DNA of 64,000 nt, from positions 97,836,001 to 97,900,000 of the forward strand of contig NC_042998.1 in the NCBI RefSeq assembly GCF_006345805.1, written 5' to 3'. The stretch is from Octopus sinensis (lineage: Eukaryota). This document shows positions 38,674 through 52,096 of the stretch, piece by piece. Position numbers and translations under genes: made by a program. The notes beneath the pieces are model-generated. The model had not been told where the DNA came from. It worked only from the letters and a program-made list of their open reading frames with translations, and made no database searches. Every line of letters begins with the position of its first letter. Position 1 is the stretch's first letter.

Positions 38674-40587
38674 TATGATGGCGATGCTTTAACAAACTGA
38701 ATTTACGAGACTTTATCTAGGTTTTAACTACTTTCCAAAAATTGCTGCTGTAACTGTGTTTACTTGTAGCAGTTGTGATTAGTTCAAACTCGGTCGTTTT
38801 ATAACGAAACACCACGACTATAGACTATTGCACTTCAGTAAATTTCGAACAATGAATCAGCTGGATTAAAATGAAGACTAGAAAACACAAATGAAAATTT
38901 AGTAGAATGTTTACCAGTTTTGTATAAACCAATGACGTGCGCTAATGCGTGAAATCCAAGGCGTTCACCTGAGTATAATTTGAAAAACCTGTTATCTTTC
39001 ATTTACACAGTACTAAAGGTGTGGTTTATATAGGAAATCAAAATCGATTAACATATTAATAAACTGAGTATGTTAGTAAAAGAAATGAGGGCATACAAAT
39101 TCAGTATTGACGCAGCTGAAGGACAATTGATCAGTTATGAAAGGTAACTAACCTAGAATACATTTTTAAAAAGACGGTCTTCGTATTTCCCTTTCTGCTT
39201 ACAAACAACTGTTTTTGATACGTTGAGTAAGTTCTTTTCAGATGAAAGGTTTATTAAAAAAAATTTAAATATTGAAAACGCCTCAAGTCGTTACGACCCC
39301 GCAACGTTAACTTCCTCATTTAAGTACATACACAAAATCTTCGCCTTGGGGCCGAAATTTGAGAGGAAGGGCTAGTCGATCACATCGACCCCAGTGCTCA
39401 TCTGGTACTTATTTTGTCAATCCGGCATGCTAACGGCTCTTCAAGCCGCCACCTTACAACGACAACATAATAAAATAAATCATTGAACAGGCTTCTGATC
39501 AAAAGTACTCCAGCCGTGACTATCCTGATTGTTCCCTGTGTGAAGAGTATAAAAGACTACATTATCCAACACTACATTATTCGATGTGTTCTGTTCGAAG
39601 ACGTGCAAATAATTTTGGTGTTCCAGGAAACGTTTAGCAAAAAACGTCTAGATTGCATGTTTCAAAAAATTTATTAGCTTTTTTTTTTTGTGCGTGTTAG
39701 TGCAACTAAGATTTTGTTGACGAAGAAAATTATGATAATGATGACGAATGTGTTGCTTCTGCTGCTGTTGATGGTGATGTTGAAAGAGATAAGTTAACCA
39801 CGAAAACAGCAAAATGAACAAAAAGAGGATAGAAAAAAGATGCAGGACAAAAATGAATGTAAAAATAAAAACAAATACATTAAGAACTTGATTACTCCCC
39901 ACACCCAACCACCATTCCTTACGTTTCTTGCAAGTGCTTTATAAATAACACCAAATATGAGGCCGGTAACTATTCAATACATTGATAAAATTATCATTAA
40001 CTTTCTCATAGAAGTGGTTAAAATTCGTAGAAGTAAACACATAGCGACTAAATATTTGAATGGCATAGAAAGAAAGAAAGAAAGAGAGGCATGGAGAGGA
40101 ATTATTGCTTACCAGCATTCAATTCCGCAAGGAGACATTCAATGGAGAAATAAAGAAAGGTTCATTCCAGTAAACTTTCCATTATTACTAAATTATTCTC
40201 TTCAATGAAATCCATTTCTTCTATTAACCTTACAGCGACGATAGACGTAAGTATTGATGAACCAACCAAGCTACATCTAAGTGATCTCTCGCCTTGCAAG
40301 AAATAGCAGATAAACAAATAACACACGGCCCCGCTTTAAAATAAAAGGAAAGGTCACATCAGGTATAAACAGTGAAAAAACACGGTGAGGTCGACAAAGT
40401 TGGAACGACTTGATCCTAAGTCTGGTCAATATTTGAAAGAAGCAACGCGGTAGTCTTTGTTTGCGAGAGACAGCAACGAATTCTCCTTCAAATTAAACCT
40501 TATAGTCTGAAAGAAGAATGATATACACAGTGAATTATAGCGCTCTTTTCATCAGCTCTGTGATATAGCCAGTGCCACACGTTTCTC

Positions 40588-40618
<31 letters not shown>

Positions 40619-40828
40619 CATACATACATCACTACAAATGATCACGATATCTGGAACAATTAAAATCTGCAAGACTTTCTTAAAATTTAAAGGATGATGA
40701 AGAAAACAAGATGCATTCCTTCACATCCTTGCTGCCAAGAAGGTGGCCAATCAAAATTAGCTCTAAATAAAAAAAAGAGAGCAGGAAAACATACACACAC
40801 ACACACATACACACACACACACACACAC

Positions 40829-42980
40829 ATTGTTGACTGCACCGTTCCAAAAAGATATATGCGTGTATCTCTTATGATAAAAGGCAGATTTTCTCTGCCT
40901 GTTCCCATGTTTCTTTTTAATACAATTCTACAATATAGAATTTCTTCAATTGGAATTTACCTATGATTTTTCCAAGTAGATTCGATTGGTTCATGGCATG
41001 TAAAGTTTTTTCAATTTGACCCCCAATTAAGCAAAAATTCGAGAAAACTCAATATTTTACGATTTGCCTCTCTCATTTCAAGTGTTTCACTCCTTCCATT
41101 ACCACCACACTTTCTCCTACTTTCTCTTTGCAAGTGTACAACAATTAAAGTGAAAGTATTTATATAAGAGGGATGAGCCATTAATACTGGTCATCCTTTT
41201 TGCTAGAGGAAGATCCGCTATGGTCTTATATGCTACACCACTGGTTTTCAATTCATATTAATCAAATTAATATTCAATTTTTCACCCTTATTATGTGTGT
41301 GTGTGTGTATTAGCAATTCGTATAAAATTGCATCAATGACTTGAACTTGAATAAGTGGTTTCACATAAATGGAGATAAATTAAAAAGGTTTGTTATTATT
41401 ATTAGTTTGACTATTGTAATCACGTTTGTTGGTTCCTCGTCAGGGAAACGTTGTTGTGTTTCATTTGTTAAATAATTGTAAACCGTAACCCTACCCTTTC
41501 GGAGAAGGGGCTTTGGTTATTGTTTAAAAATTGAATTGTGTCCCTGTTTGGGGAACTTCACAATATTTTCACCGTCTTTACGGGAGCATTTTTGTTAAAA
41601 TGCCTTCGATAGAAGAAAGTCCAAAAATGAATTTCGCTGCAGCCGTACACTTCTATACAAGAGGGAGGACAAGATGCAATTGATCGAAATTGCAAGATAC
41701 GGGCCTACAATTCCAGTCTGTTATATATTTTGAGTATTGTTATCACTAGCGATATCAAGATATAACTTTGTATTTTGTATATTTTATGTGTAGATGTATA
41801 TATATAGATGTACATGTAATATGTACACATATATATATACACATATATACATGCATAATATATCTACCCATACACACATACACACACACACACACCACAC
41901 ACACACATTGTTGACTGCACCGTTCCAAAAAGATATATGCGTGTATCTCTTATGATAAAAGGCAGATTTTCTCTGCCTGTTCCCATGTTTCTTTTTAATA
42001 CAATTCTACAATATAGAATTTCTTCAATTGGAATTTACCTATGATTTTTCCAAGTAGATTCGATTGGTTCATGGCATGTAAAGTTTTTTCAATTTGACCC
42101 CCAATTAAGCAAAAATTCGAGAAAACTCAATATTTTACGATTTGCCTCTCTCATTTCAAGTGTTTCACTCCTTCCATTACCACCACACTTTCTCCTACTT
42201 TCTCTTTGCAAGTGTACAACAATTAAAGTGAAAGTATTTATATAAGAGGGATGAGCCATTAATACTGGTCATCCTTTTTGCTAGAGGAAGATCCGCTATG
42301 GTCTTATATGCTACACCACTGGTTTTCAATTCATATTAATCAAATTAATATTCAATTTTTCACCCTTATTATGTGTGTGTGTGTGTATTAGCAATTCGTA
42401 TAAAATTGCATCAATGACTTGAACTTGAATAAGTGGTTTCACATAAATGGAGATAAATTAAAAAGGTTTGTTATTATTATTAGTTTGACTATTGTAATCA
42501 CGTTTGTTGGTTCCTCGTCAGGGAAACGTTGTTGTGTTTCATTTGTTAAATAATTGTAAACCGTAACCCTACCCTTTCGGAGAAGGGGCTTTGGTTATTG
42601 TTTAAAAATTGAATTGTGTCCCTGTTTGGGGAACTTCACAATATTTTCACCGTCTTTACGGGAGCATTTTTGTTAAAATGCCTTCGATAGAAGAAAGTCC
42701 AAAAATGAATTTCGCTGCAGCCGTACACTTCTATACAAGAGGGAGGACAAGATGCAATTGATCGAAATTGCAAGATACGGGCCTACAATTCCAGTCTGTT
42801 ATATATTTTGAGTATTGTTATCACTAGCGATATCAAGATATAACTTTGTATTTTGTATATTTTATGTGTAGATGTATATATATAGATGTACATGTAATAT
42901 GTACACATATATATATACACATATATACATGCATAATATATCTACCCATACACACATACACACACACACACACACACACA
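40829..42980 (+). repeat. Apparently identical tandem duplication, 1078-bp period
   Basis: ATTGTTGACTGCACCGTTCC at 40829 and 41907. The sequences track each other to the (CA)n junctions. Confidence 0.95.
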
Positions 42981-45614
42981 TACATAGGGGCAGGTGTGGC
43001 TGTGTGGTAACAAACTACGTTCCAAACACATGGTCCTGGGTTCAGTCCCACTGTGTGGTGACTTGGCATGTGTCTTCTGCTGTAGCTTCAGACCAACAAA
43101 AGCCTTCTCAGTGGATTTTGTATATATACACAGGCATACATACATATATATACATGCATGTTCTATATTTTATAAATTACCCATATTTACTTATCCATGC
43201 TTCATTCCCCTCTTGCCTACATAGGGCATCCATTCTCTTTTAACACAGCATGAAGTTTTGTAACAGCACATCCGCTGCCGTTCGTGGAAAACGAAGAGAC
43301 CCTATTCACCTGCGAACGTTTTACACCGCCTTCCACGACTATCAAATTCTTACAATTATGAGAACAATAACATGGCTCTTTTCAAGGCAACCTCGCATTC
43401 AATTCTTACACCATTCTACGAGGGGATAGGAGCCCCTTTACACGGCTTTCTATACACTTACAAATACATTCATTCGCCGTAAACTTATATCAATATTTGC
43501 CTGAATAATCATCATAATTCAGTGCAATCATTAACAGTACTTTCAAGCAATTCAGCCCCAAGCATCGCCGGGCAGTTCTGCTAGTGTATATATAAATGTG
43601 TGTGTGTGCTAATCACTACTTAGGCTAAAAAGAATACACTTCATTAAAGAGGCACAATAAGATCGAAACGTCTGTTGTTCTTACCACTCAGCTTTAGAGA
43701 CATGATTCACTCAATTACACTGACTATATTTTCAAAAACGTCGGTTGGCCGATATTATTGGAGTTATGCTTTCATGCTTGTTGTTTTGATTTTATAAAGG
43801 TCATTTTGTTCACTAATTGTAGAGTAATCTCAGTTAATCGAGGTTTTTCAACTTCTTATATATGTCAGTTATATCAGACTCTATATTTTGTGTATTAAGC
43901 ATGCAAAGCATTCCCTAGAAGCATTTCTTTCCGCCGTATTGCTGATCGCCACAAGTGAACTTTGGCTGCAATCATGGGTTAGTCTGTTGAGAACTAACGT
44001 ATGGGTAACAAAAATAGACAACGAACTTCTTAACCACATGGTTATGTAGTTAAGAAGCTCGAGTTGTAACCACGTGTTTCGGGCTCAGTCCCACAGCGTG
44101 GCACCTTGGGAAACTGTCTTCTACCATAATAGTCTCAGTCAGGCCGACTAATGTATGGATTATTCAGTAGAGAGGAACTGCGCGGAAGCCGATCGTACAT
44201 ATATATATGTGTGCGTGTGTACATACATAAGTGTGTGTGTGTGTTTTTTTTTTCCCGAGTTTGACAACCGGTGTTGGTTTGTTTACGTCCCCGTACTTTA
44301 GCAGTTAGGCAAAAAAAAAAGGATGAAATAAGTATCAGACTTTTAAAAAGATGATGACAACCTCACAGAACTGAATATTTTTTTCGTTACTACTTTGTCA
44401 GGTTAATGTTCTAACTTCCAGGTTTGGTTAATTTTCTAAAAAATGAGGAACTATAACTGAAGTTCACAGATACGGTTAAGGTAAGACACAAGTTTATTTC
44501 TCAACAGCCACACTTTGGTTACGAGCTAGGAGTAAAGAAGGCACTTACTTAATCAGTAATGCCAGGACTTTTCACAAACGTCATACACATACTCATTTGA
44601 ACACGTGTTCTACTAGTCTGCTATGTTGGGTATTTTTGTAGAGTAACTAATTCAATTGGAAATACTAAAGTCATGATCATTTAAGCACTTTATATAATTC
44701 AATGTTAAATGTTTCAATGAAAGTCAATGATGAACGAGCGGCTGTCGAAGAAAAAGCTATAAATTTTGCTATAGCTCCTCGTATTTTTGGAAACTGTTTA
44801 GGGCGGTTTGAAGAAAACGGGAGATTTATAAACTTTTGACAAAAATGTATTAACGTTTACTGAAAAAAAAAGAACATGGCAATTAAGCTTAACCCCTCTT
44901 TATATAAATATTATCAATGTTGTTATATATTGATTTCAAATTTTGACACAAGGCCAGCAAGTTCAAAGGAGGTTGTAAGTCGCTTACAATGACCCTAGTG
45001 TTCAACTGGTACTTATTTTATCGAGCTGGAAAAGTTGACCTCGGTGGCATATGAACTCAGACCGTAACAACAGACGAAATGCCGTTAAGCATCTTATTGT
45101 TGCTAATATATTAACTTTTTTGTGTTCATTTATTTTTCTTTATAATAATTCAGTTTATTCATATAACATACAAAAAGTTAATTTCGGAGATATTTTTCAG
45201 TCTGGTGAAGAGCATTTCTTAAAACGTTAGGATTCTCATCTCTCTGAGGCATACAAAACTTATCTAAATATACCGTCTTCACTAAATACCTTTTGATGAG
45301 CCGTTTCCGCTAGTTTCTTCGAGCTACGTTTTCACTTAAAATAAGGTTCATTAGTCCCAAAATTATCTAAGGATATTATTTACCTTACTGAATCACAAAA
45401 CTCATCACCGGAGTCTGTATAAATCCTCCTAAGATTTTCTATCCTTTGATGCCCCATTAGGTACTTTTATGCCAGAGAGAAAGTATTAAAATATGCATAA
45501 ATAAATCTATTACATCTATCACCTTATTTTCTGTCATTTATAGTGCTTTGACATGCCTCCCGTACCCACATATCTCACGCACCTCCGCTTGTATGTATGT
45601 ATACAAATAAATAA

Positions 45615-45692
<78 letters not shown>

Positions 45693-46272
45693 AACACGTA
45701 CATTTATAGCTAAGGTCTTCAATATTTTTCGGAGACTATTCCTGTCACAAAAAAAATTCATATATTGTTGAGGGAACATGAAACATGAGTGTAACTTGCT
45801 TTTGTAAATTTGTCATGACCTATTCAATATTATTAGGTATTGCTGTTGAAGGAGTTTGCTTTTTTTTTGTTGCTATATTTTATATTGTTTGAGTTTGGTA
45901 TGTATGGGTTTCTTCCTTATTGTAGGGCTGCTCTAATTTCTCAATTCGCGAGTTTTATCCAATGACAAAATTATATTTTCTACTTTAATCTGTTCTTTGG
46001 ATTATTGTTTAATTATGGAATTAGCGGCAGAAATTGAAGGAAAGCGAACAAAATGATTTATATTGTTTAGTTTTGTTCCGTATATTTTAAACTCGCTTTC
46101 CAAAGAAGTTGACATTGCTCTGCATACCTTTGGTTAATCGACAAAATAAAGGCCAACCAAGTTTAGAGTCGATAAAATAAACACCAACCATGTATTCTAT
46201 TTGATTGTTTGAACTTCATCTAACCGTTATAAATGTGTGGCCTTTGTGCCAATGCGAGAAATGATAATCTTA

Positions 46273-48178
46273 ATGGTTTCAAATTTTGGCACTAGGTCAA
46301 CAATTTTAGAAGAGGAGTTAAGTCGATTACATCAAACCCCAGTGCTCATCTGGTATTCATTTTATCGACCTTGAAAGGATGAAAGGTGAAGTAAACCTCG
46401 GTGGAATTTAAACTCGAAACGTTAAGGGTCGCAAGAACTGCTTCTAAGAATTTATCCCGATACGTTAACGATTCGGCCATTTCGCTGTCTTAGAAATAAT
46501 AATCATAACATTTTCAAATTTTCGAACCAGGCCAAAAATTTTGAGAAGAAGGGAAAATCGATGGCACTTTATTTCATCAATCCTGAAAGGATGAAGGTCA
46601 AAGTCGATCTTAGTAGGATTGGACTCAAATCGAAAATTGTCAGAAGAAATGCTGCTAAGCAGTTTTCTTGAGACGCCAACAACTCCGTTAACACATCGCC
46701 TTAGAAATAATAACCATAATAATTGTTTCTAAAATGAGCACAAGGCCAGAAATCAGGGGATGTCAGCATCAGTATTTGATTGGTACTTATTTTATTTGAC
46801 CCTGGAGAGATGAAAGGCAGAGTTTTCCGGGGCAGAAATTAATCAAAACGGAGAAGACTATGATTGAATACCGAAAGGTATGTTGTCTGACATTTTCACG
46901 ATGTTGCCAGTCAACCATCTTGTATAATAATTTTGTATAACCAAAGATTTGTGGGATGGGTCTGGACCATTAGATCGCCACATGTTCTTCACTGATACTT
47001 ATTTTATTGATCCTGAAAGGATGAAAGATAATGTTGATCTCGGTGAAATCACCGTTGAATTCAGAATTTAAGGAGCCGTAAATAAATACGGTAAGGTATT
47101 TTTTGTCTGACACTCTACTAATTCTATCAAACCACCGCTATAAATAATCCTTTCTACCATAGGTTCAAGGCTTGAAATTTTATGGGGAGAGGATTAGTCG
47201 ATTACATCGACCCCAGTGCCTATTTTAATCGGTACCTATTTTAATCGACTCCGAAAGGGTGAAAGGCAAAAATCGACCTCAGCGAAATTTGAACTCAGAA
47301 GAGCTAACGATTCTTTTCTATTTTAGGTACAATGCCTGAAATTTGTGGGGAGGGGCCAGTCGATTAGATCGACCCCAGGACGCAATTGGTACTTAATTTA
47401 TCGACCCTGAAGGGATGAAAGGCAAAGTCGATCTTGGTGGAGTTTGAACTCAGAACGTAGTGACAAATGAAATACAGCTAAGCATTTTGCCCGGCGTGCT
47501 AACGTTTCTGCCAGCTCGCTACCCCCACCGATCTAAATCATAACCATAACTGTTTTCAATATTGGTTTCAAATTTCGGTACAATATCAGTAATTTCTGGC
47601 CGAGGTTAAGCCAATTACATCAACCCCATGGAATTTATTTTATCGACCCGAAAGAAAGAAAGGTAAGGTTGATCGCAGCGGAATTTGAACTCAGAACATG
47701 AAGACGGACGGAATGCCGCTAAGTATCTTGCCCGGCGTGCTAACAATTTCGCCTGCTCGCTGCGTTTTAAATAATTATCATAATTGTTTTTAATATTAAT
47801 AAGGTGGCAAATTAGCTGAATCATTAGCACATCAAACAAAATGCTTAGCGGCATTTTGTTTGTCTTTACGTTCTGAGTTCAAGTTCCGCCGATATTGACT
47901 TTGTCTTTCGTCCATTTAGGGTCGATAAAATAATTACCAATTGAGCACTGGGATCGCTGTAATCGCGTAGCCTGTTTTCTTGAAATTACTTGTTTTGTGC
48001 CAAAATTTGAAACCAGTGTTAGGTGGCAAGCTAGCGGAATCTTTAACATGCCGGACAAAATGTTGAGCGGAATTTCGTAAAATGTTGAACGGTGTCTTTT
48101 AAAACGTTCTGAGTTCAAATTCCTTCGAGGTCGATTTTATCTTTCATCTTTTAGGGGTCGATAAAATAAGTACCAGCG
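46273..48178. mobile_element. SINE A array: about 7 minus copies then 2 plus copies, period about 200-230 bp
   Basis: Repeated GGTACTTATTTTATCGAC..GGATGAAAGG..GACCTCGG..GAACTCAGAA blocks of varying divergence, separated by short AATAAT spacers. Confidence 0.85.
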
Positions 48179-51100
48179 GGTGAAACTGTTGACAATTAGA
48201 TAAACATCGAAAAGAGATTTTCACATTCTTCTTAAGTGATAACTAGAATTATCGGAATGCCGCTTTTATAAAAGACTCCTTACATGGTGTTAGAGGGAAG
48301 CGAGAAAAAAGAAAAACAGCTCTTCGCATAAAGAGAAAGCATTCCATCTTGAACTTGAAAATAATAGCATTAGTCTTTCAGGGAAATTTAGCGTAACAGC
48401 TATCGAAACAATTTTTCTTGTCACTTATAGTTGAATCGTTGTCTTGAATTTTCTTCTTCAAAGCGTTAACGCCTACTTCACAGGGGAATAATTTAAAAAT
48501 AGATAATGAAATCAAGCAGTAAAATAAAGAAAATGTTACGAAAATAATACAACAAAATAGCTGAAGTCATTTTTCAAATATTTTCCTTTTTTTTTTTTTT
48601 TTTTGATTGAAAGAAATAATGTGTGAACAAAGTTTTTTTTAAAACAATTTGTCTTTAAGGAAAAACAAAAATCACCAACGTTTTTATCAAGCTGTAGAAT
48701 AAGGTATGTATTTTTTTGATACTCTTATCTCGAAAATGTTAATACAAAACAAAGTGTCAACGTATTTCGTGATGTTATCTTTTCATTATACATAGTCTTG
48801 TTTTATTCATAACATTTTTCTACAATACAATTTAGGTATCCTGACCATTATTTTCATTATTTTCAGCCGTCTGTAAATTCTAAAGAATTGTTTTATATTA
48901 AATCTGTTCCGGAAACGGTGTTTATTCTGACACTGACAGTTGGATTTTTAATTTTTCAACTGAAACCGTATATAAAGTTTATAAAACTTGTATTACGGTT
49001 ACAGCAACAGTAATTACTGGTTAAACAAAATGAAATTATTGTTTTATCAAAAATAATGAAATCAAGTAAAAACCTAACGTAAAACTATGCATTTTTCTTT
49101 TTATGAAGCTGATCTGTATAATTTACAGCAAAACCACAATCAGAAAAAGCTGTTTATTTCATGCTATCAATAGATATATTTTAAACAGAAATAACATAAA
49201 AGTACATGTTTAACACGCAAAAAGATAATTTCAACGCAAGCATCGGTAAATATATTTAAATAAGTTACATTATCTTCAGTAAATGTTTATAGACGTTAAT
49301 ATATAGCAATAAGTTTTTATCATTGCAAACATTAAAACAATCCTCCCCACACACTGTCTTATTCACTTTTACATCAAAAGTAATTTTTGATAATATATAA
49401 TATTAAGTATAAAACTCTTTCGTTGTGCGCCTTTGACTTCCTAACTTGATGCTTTACTTTCATACATAAATTATTGTAAAATAATAATAAAAATGAATAT
49501 AACAGTGCGTATCTGTATTTCTATGGCTACAATGACTCTACTACGGTGTAACTGTTTGATCAAAATATTTCATCAAAACACACACACACACACACACGTG
49601 CACTTCATACAAATGCTGTCCAATGATTGAGTATCTGAAAATTGCTAGCGTAGCTTAATTTTGTTACCAAAGTAACACTACAGAAGCTGCTGTAAAGAAG
49701 AGAAAATGAAATTATGATTTGCGTCAAAGACAACAAAATAGAGATAAATACACCTGGACTGAAAATGATTAGTATGGGTTCTTTAGTTTTAATAAGTACA
49801 GTGACTCTCCAACAAAGCAATTATTTTTGTCCTAATAATGAGTTCAAATACCGCCAAGGCTAACTTTGCCTGCATCCTTCCGGGGTCGAAAAGATATAGT
49901 ACTAGTCAAGTATTGGAGTTAATGTAATCAACTAACCTTTTCTCCATAAAGATTTCTGGCTTTGGTGTGGCATCAGTCTCAGATAGATTCACTTGCCAAG
50001 TATTTGCAATTTGAAAATAGGTTACCGAATTAGATTCTCTTAAATTTAAAAAAAAATCATTGATTTCTTTTGATTAAGTACAAGGTAAAATTTAAATGGA
50101 GAACGTTATGCAAGTAGTATCTGAACTCGTAAAAATGAGTGCTAGAATTTTGAAAAACATATCTAACTAGTAGGCTACTGTGGACGGAAGCTCACAGCTT
50201 GCAAAAACTATGCTTCTGAACGATTTTATACATCTTTGCGGGGTCAGACACAATCGATTGAGTCAGTTACATGTGAATCTGATACAAATCTGATAGACAA
50301 AATTACTGCAGGCGAAATTTGAACTCAGAATATAAAGGTACTGACTGTGTGAAGTGCTATGGAGCTAAATTGGCCAAAGTGTTTAGCAATATGCATTGCA
50401 ACACTTATTCTAGCTCTTTGTGTTCTGAGTTCAAATCCCACCGAAATTAACCTTTCTTTCATCCTTGCAAAGTCGATAAATAAAGTATTAGTTTACGGCG
50501 GGTGGACTGACAAAACAATTAGAATTAGAACTAAAACAACAAAAATAAGAAACAAATAAGTGGCAGCGGGAGCCACTACATGGTTTCTCGGGGTGTTGGG
50601 TAGGAGCAAAGACATGTGGTTTAGCGGTGAGGGTGTTCAACTCCTGACTGTAAACTCACAAGTTTCATTTCTGGACTGGGAAGTACGTTGTGTTCTTCAA
50701 CAAGGCACCTCATTTCATGTTACCCCAGTCTACTCAGCTGTAATTGTGTACCAGTCCGGTTCTAATGCAGTACTCTCCCTCGCAAACTGTAACATACTGG
50801 ATGTGCCGCTGGACCAAAAAATAACCACGATAACAAATTTCAATTCAAAGTGAACTACTGCATGCAGTCTGACTTGCTAACAGCCATATCTCATTCAAAT
50901 TACACACTGAAATCCTAAAAAAAAAGGACACAGTGGACAATGCGGTCTTGATCTTCTTGATTAGAGCGGCTCTAGAGCTCAACAACAATAACACCAACAA
51001 CTAAAAATGATATATGTTGCCAAAATCGGAAATCAGCTGTAAAGAGAAAGGTTATAAACGAGTGAATCTACTTATTTTATCTGGAACCATGAACAAATAC

Positions 51101-51248
51101 TATGTAATATCTATTATGACTACTGGGCCACAATTGAAATCATTTTTATTGATAACTTCTATCATGATAATACAGTTCTATATTTAAGAGATGAGGAATT
51201 ATGCACATTATTTACATTTGACGGATATTTGTCCTCATCTTGTTTGTT

Positions 51249-51294
51249 AACACAACGCTTCGGCTGATATACCCTCCAGTCTTCATCGGGAGTC
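51249..51294 (-). ncRNA. Minimal type I HHR motif, mutated
   Basis: GACUC-CCGAUGA-A-GACUG-gaggguauau-CAGCC-GAA-G(not A)CGU-U-GUGUU. Helices I and II each have one mismatch. Confidence 0.6.
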
Positions 51295-51357
51295 TTGGGG
51301 GAAATTTCGAACCTGGGTTCTCATTCCTAAGGAATTTTTCGATGTTATTATTATTAG

Positions 51358-51428
51358 GTCACTGCCTTGAAACGAACTCAAAATCTTGGGGTTAGTAGCC
51401 CACGCTCTTAACCACGAAGGCATTTGCT
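51358..51428 (-). other. tRNA-like segment with Pol III A/B boxes inside the PLE 3' region
   Basis: GCCTTCGTGGTTAAGAGCGTGGG-CTACTAA-CCCCAAGATTTTGAGTTCGTTTCAAGGC: D-arm/A box, a 7-nt anticodon-like loop and a degenerate B box. Confidence 0.6.
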
Positions 51429-51466
51429 CATGGGCAATTATGGAGTGAATTTTAGATTTTATAAAT

Positions 51467-52096
51467 TTATATTTTCCTATCCTTCCTTAATACCGGTTCC
51501 CATATGTTATTCATATCTGCACTCGGTCTGCTTAGGAGGTTGTTGAGTCCTAGCATATATGCTGCTGATTTTAGTTTTCGTATTTTCCAGTGGTGTTCTC
51601 TGTTTATTATTTTAACTTCATCCCACAGTGGGAGGTAGTCTCCATTTTTCCATACATGATCAGCTATACCCGATTTATCAATATGTCCTCGTGTCACAGT
51701 TTTGCGATGTTCCTCTACCCTTATTGTGAGGGGGCGGCATGTTTTGTCTTTGTATAAGCTACCACAGCTGCATGGGATGGAGTACACGCAGTTTTTGGTC
51801 ATATTCTCTTCTGTTGGTGGTTTTACCCGAAGGAGATATTTGCGAAGTGTTGTATTACTCTTGAATACTGTCCTGATGTCATATGGGCCGCATATCTTTT
51901 GTATCTTTTCGGAGAGGCCTTTCACATAGGGCAGACAGACTGTAGACAGTTTATTGGTTTCATTCCCTCTTTTCTTCATAATTAGAGTAGATAGTATGTT
52001 TTTGGGGTAGTTGTTGCTTATTAGATTGTTACTGAGCTTGATCATTTCTTCGTGGTGGGTATCACGATCGCTGGTTATATTCTTTGCTCGATGCAC
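51467..52096 (-). pseudogene. PLE ORF C-terminal portion: RT thumb/linker + GIY-YIG endonuclease (209 aa open, catalytic motifs damaged)
   Basis: NNYP, LPYVKGLSEKI, VYSIPCSCGSLYKDKTCRPLTIRVEEH (GIY-YIG; YxG mutated), SGIADHVW and RKLKSA (E mutated). Confidence 0.9.

Noticed and set aside
41425-41460. CTGACGA on the minus strand and GAAACGTT on the plus strand within the duplicated unit
   Set aside because: The two halves are on opposite strands and no helix II forms.
43635-43675. HHR 3' half GATCGAAACGTCTGT (similar halves at about 12770 minus and 25205)
   Set aside because: The 5' core and helix II are not recognisable.
46273-47762. Regularly spaced repeats as a CRISPR-like array
   Set aside because: The units are about 210-bp diverged SINE copies without unique spacers, in a eukaryotic context with no cas genes.
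49660-49760. Hydrophobic minus-strand exon candidate
   Set aside because: Weak donor, and T-rich composition explains the pattern.
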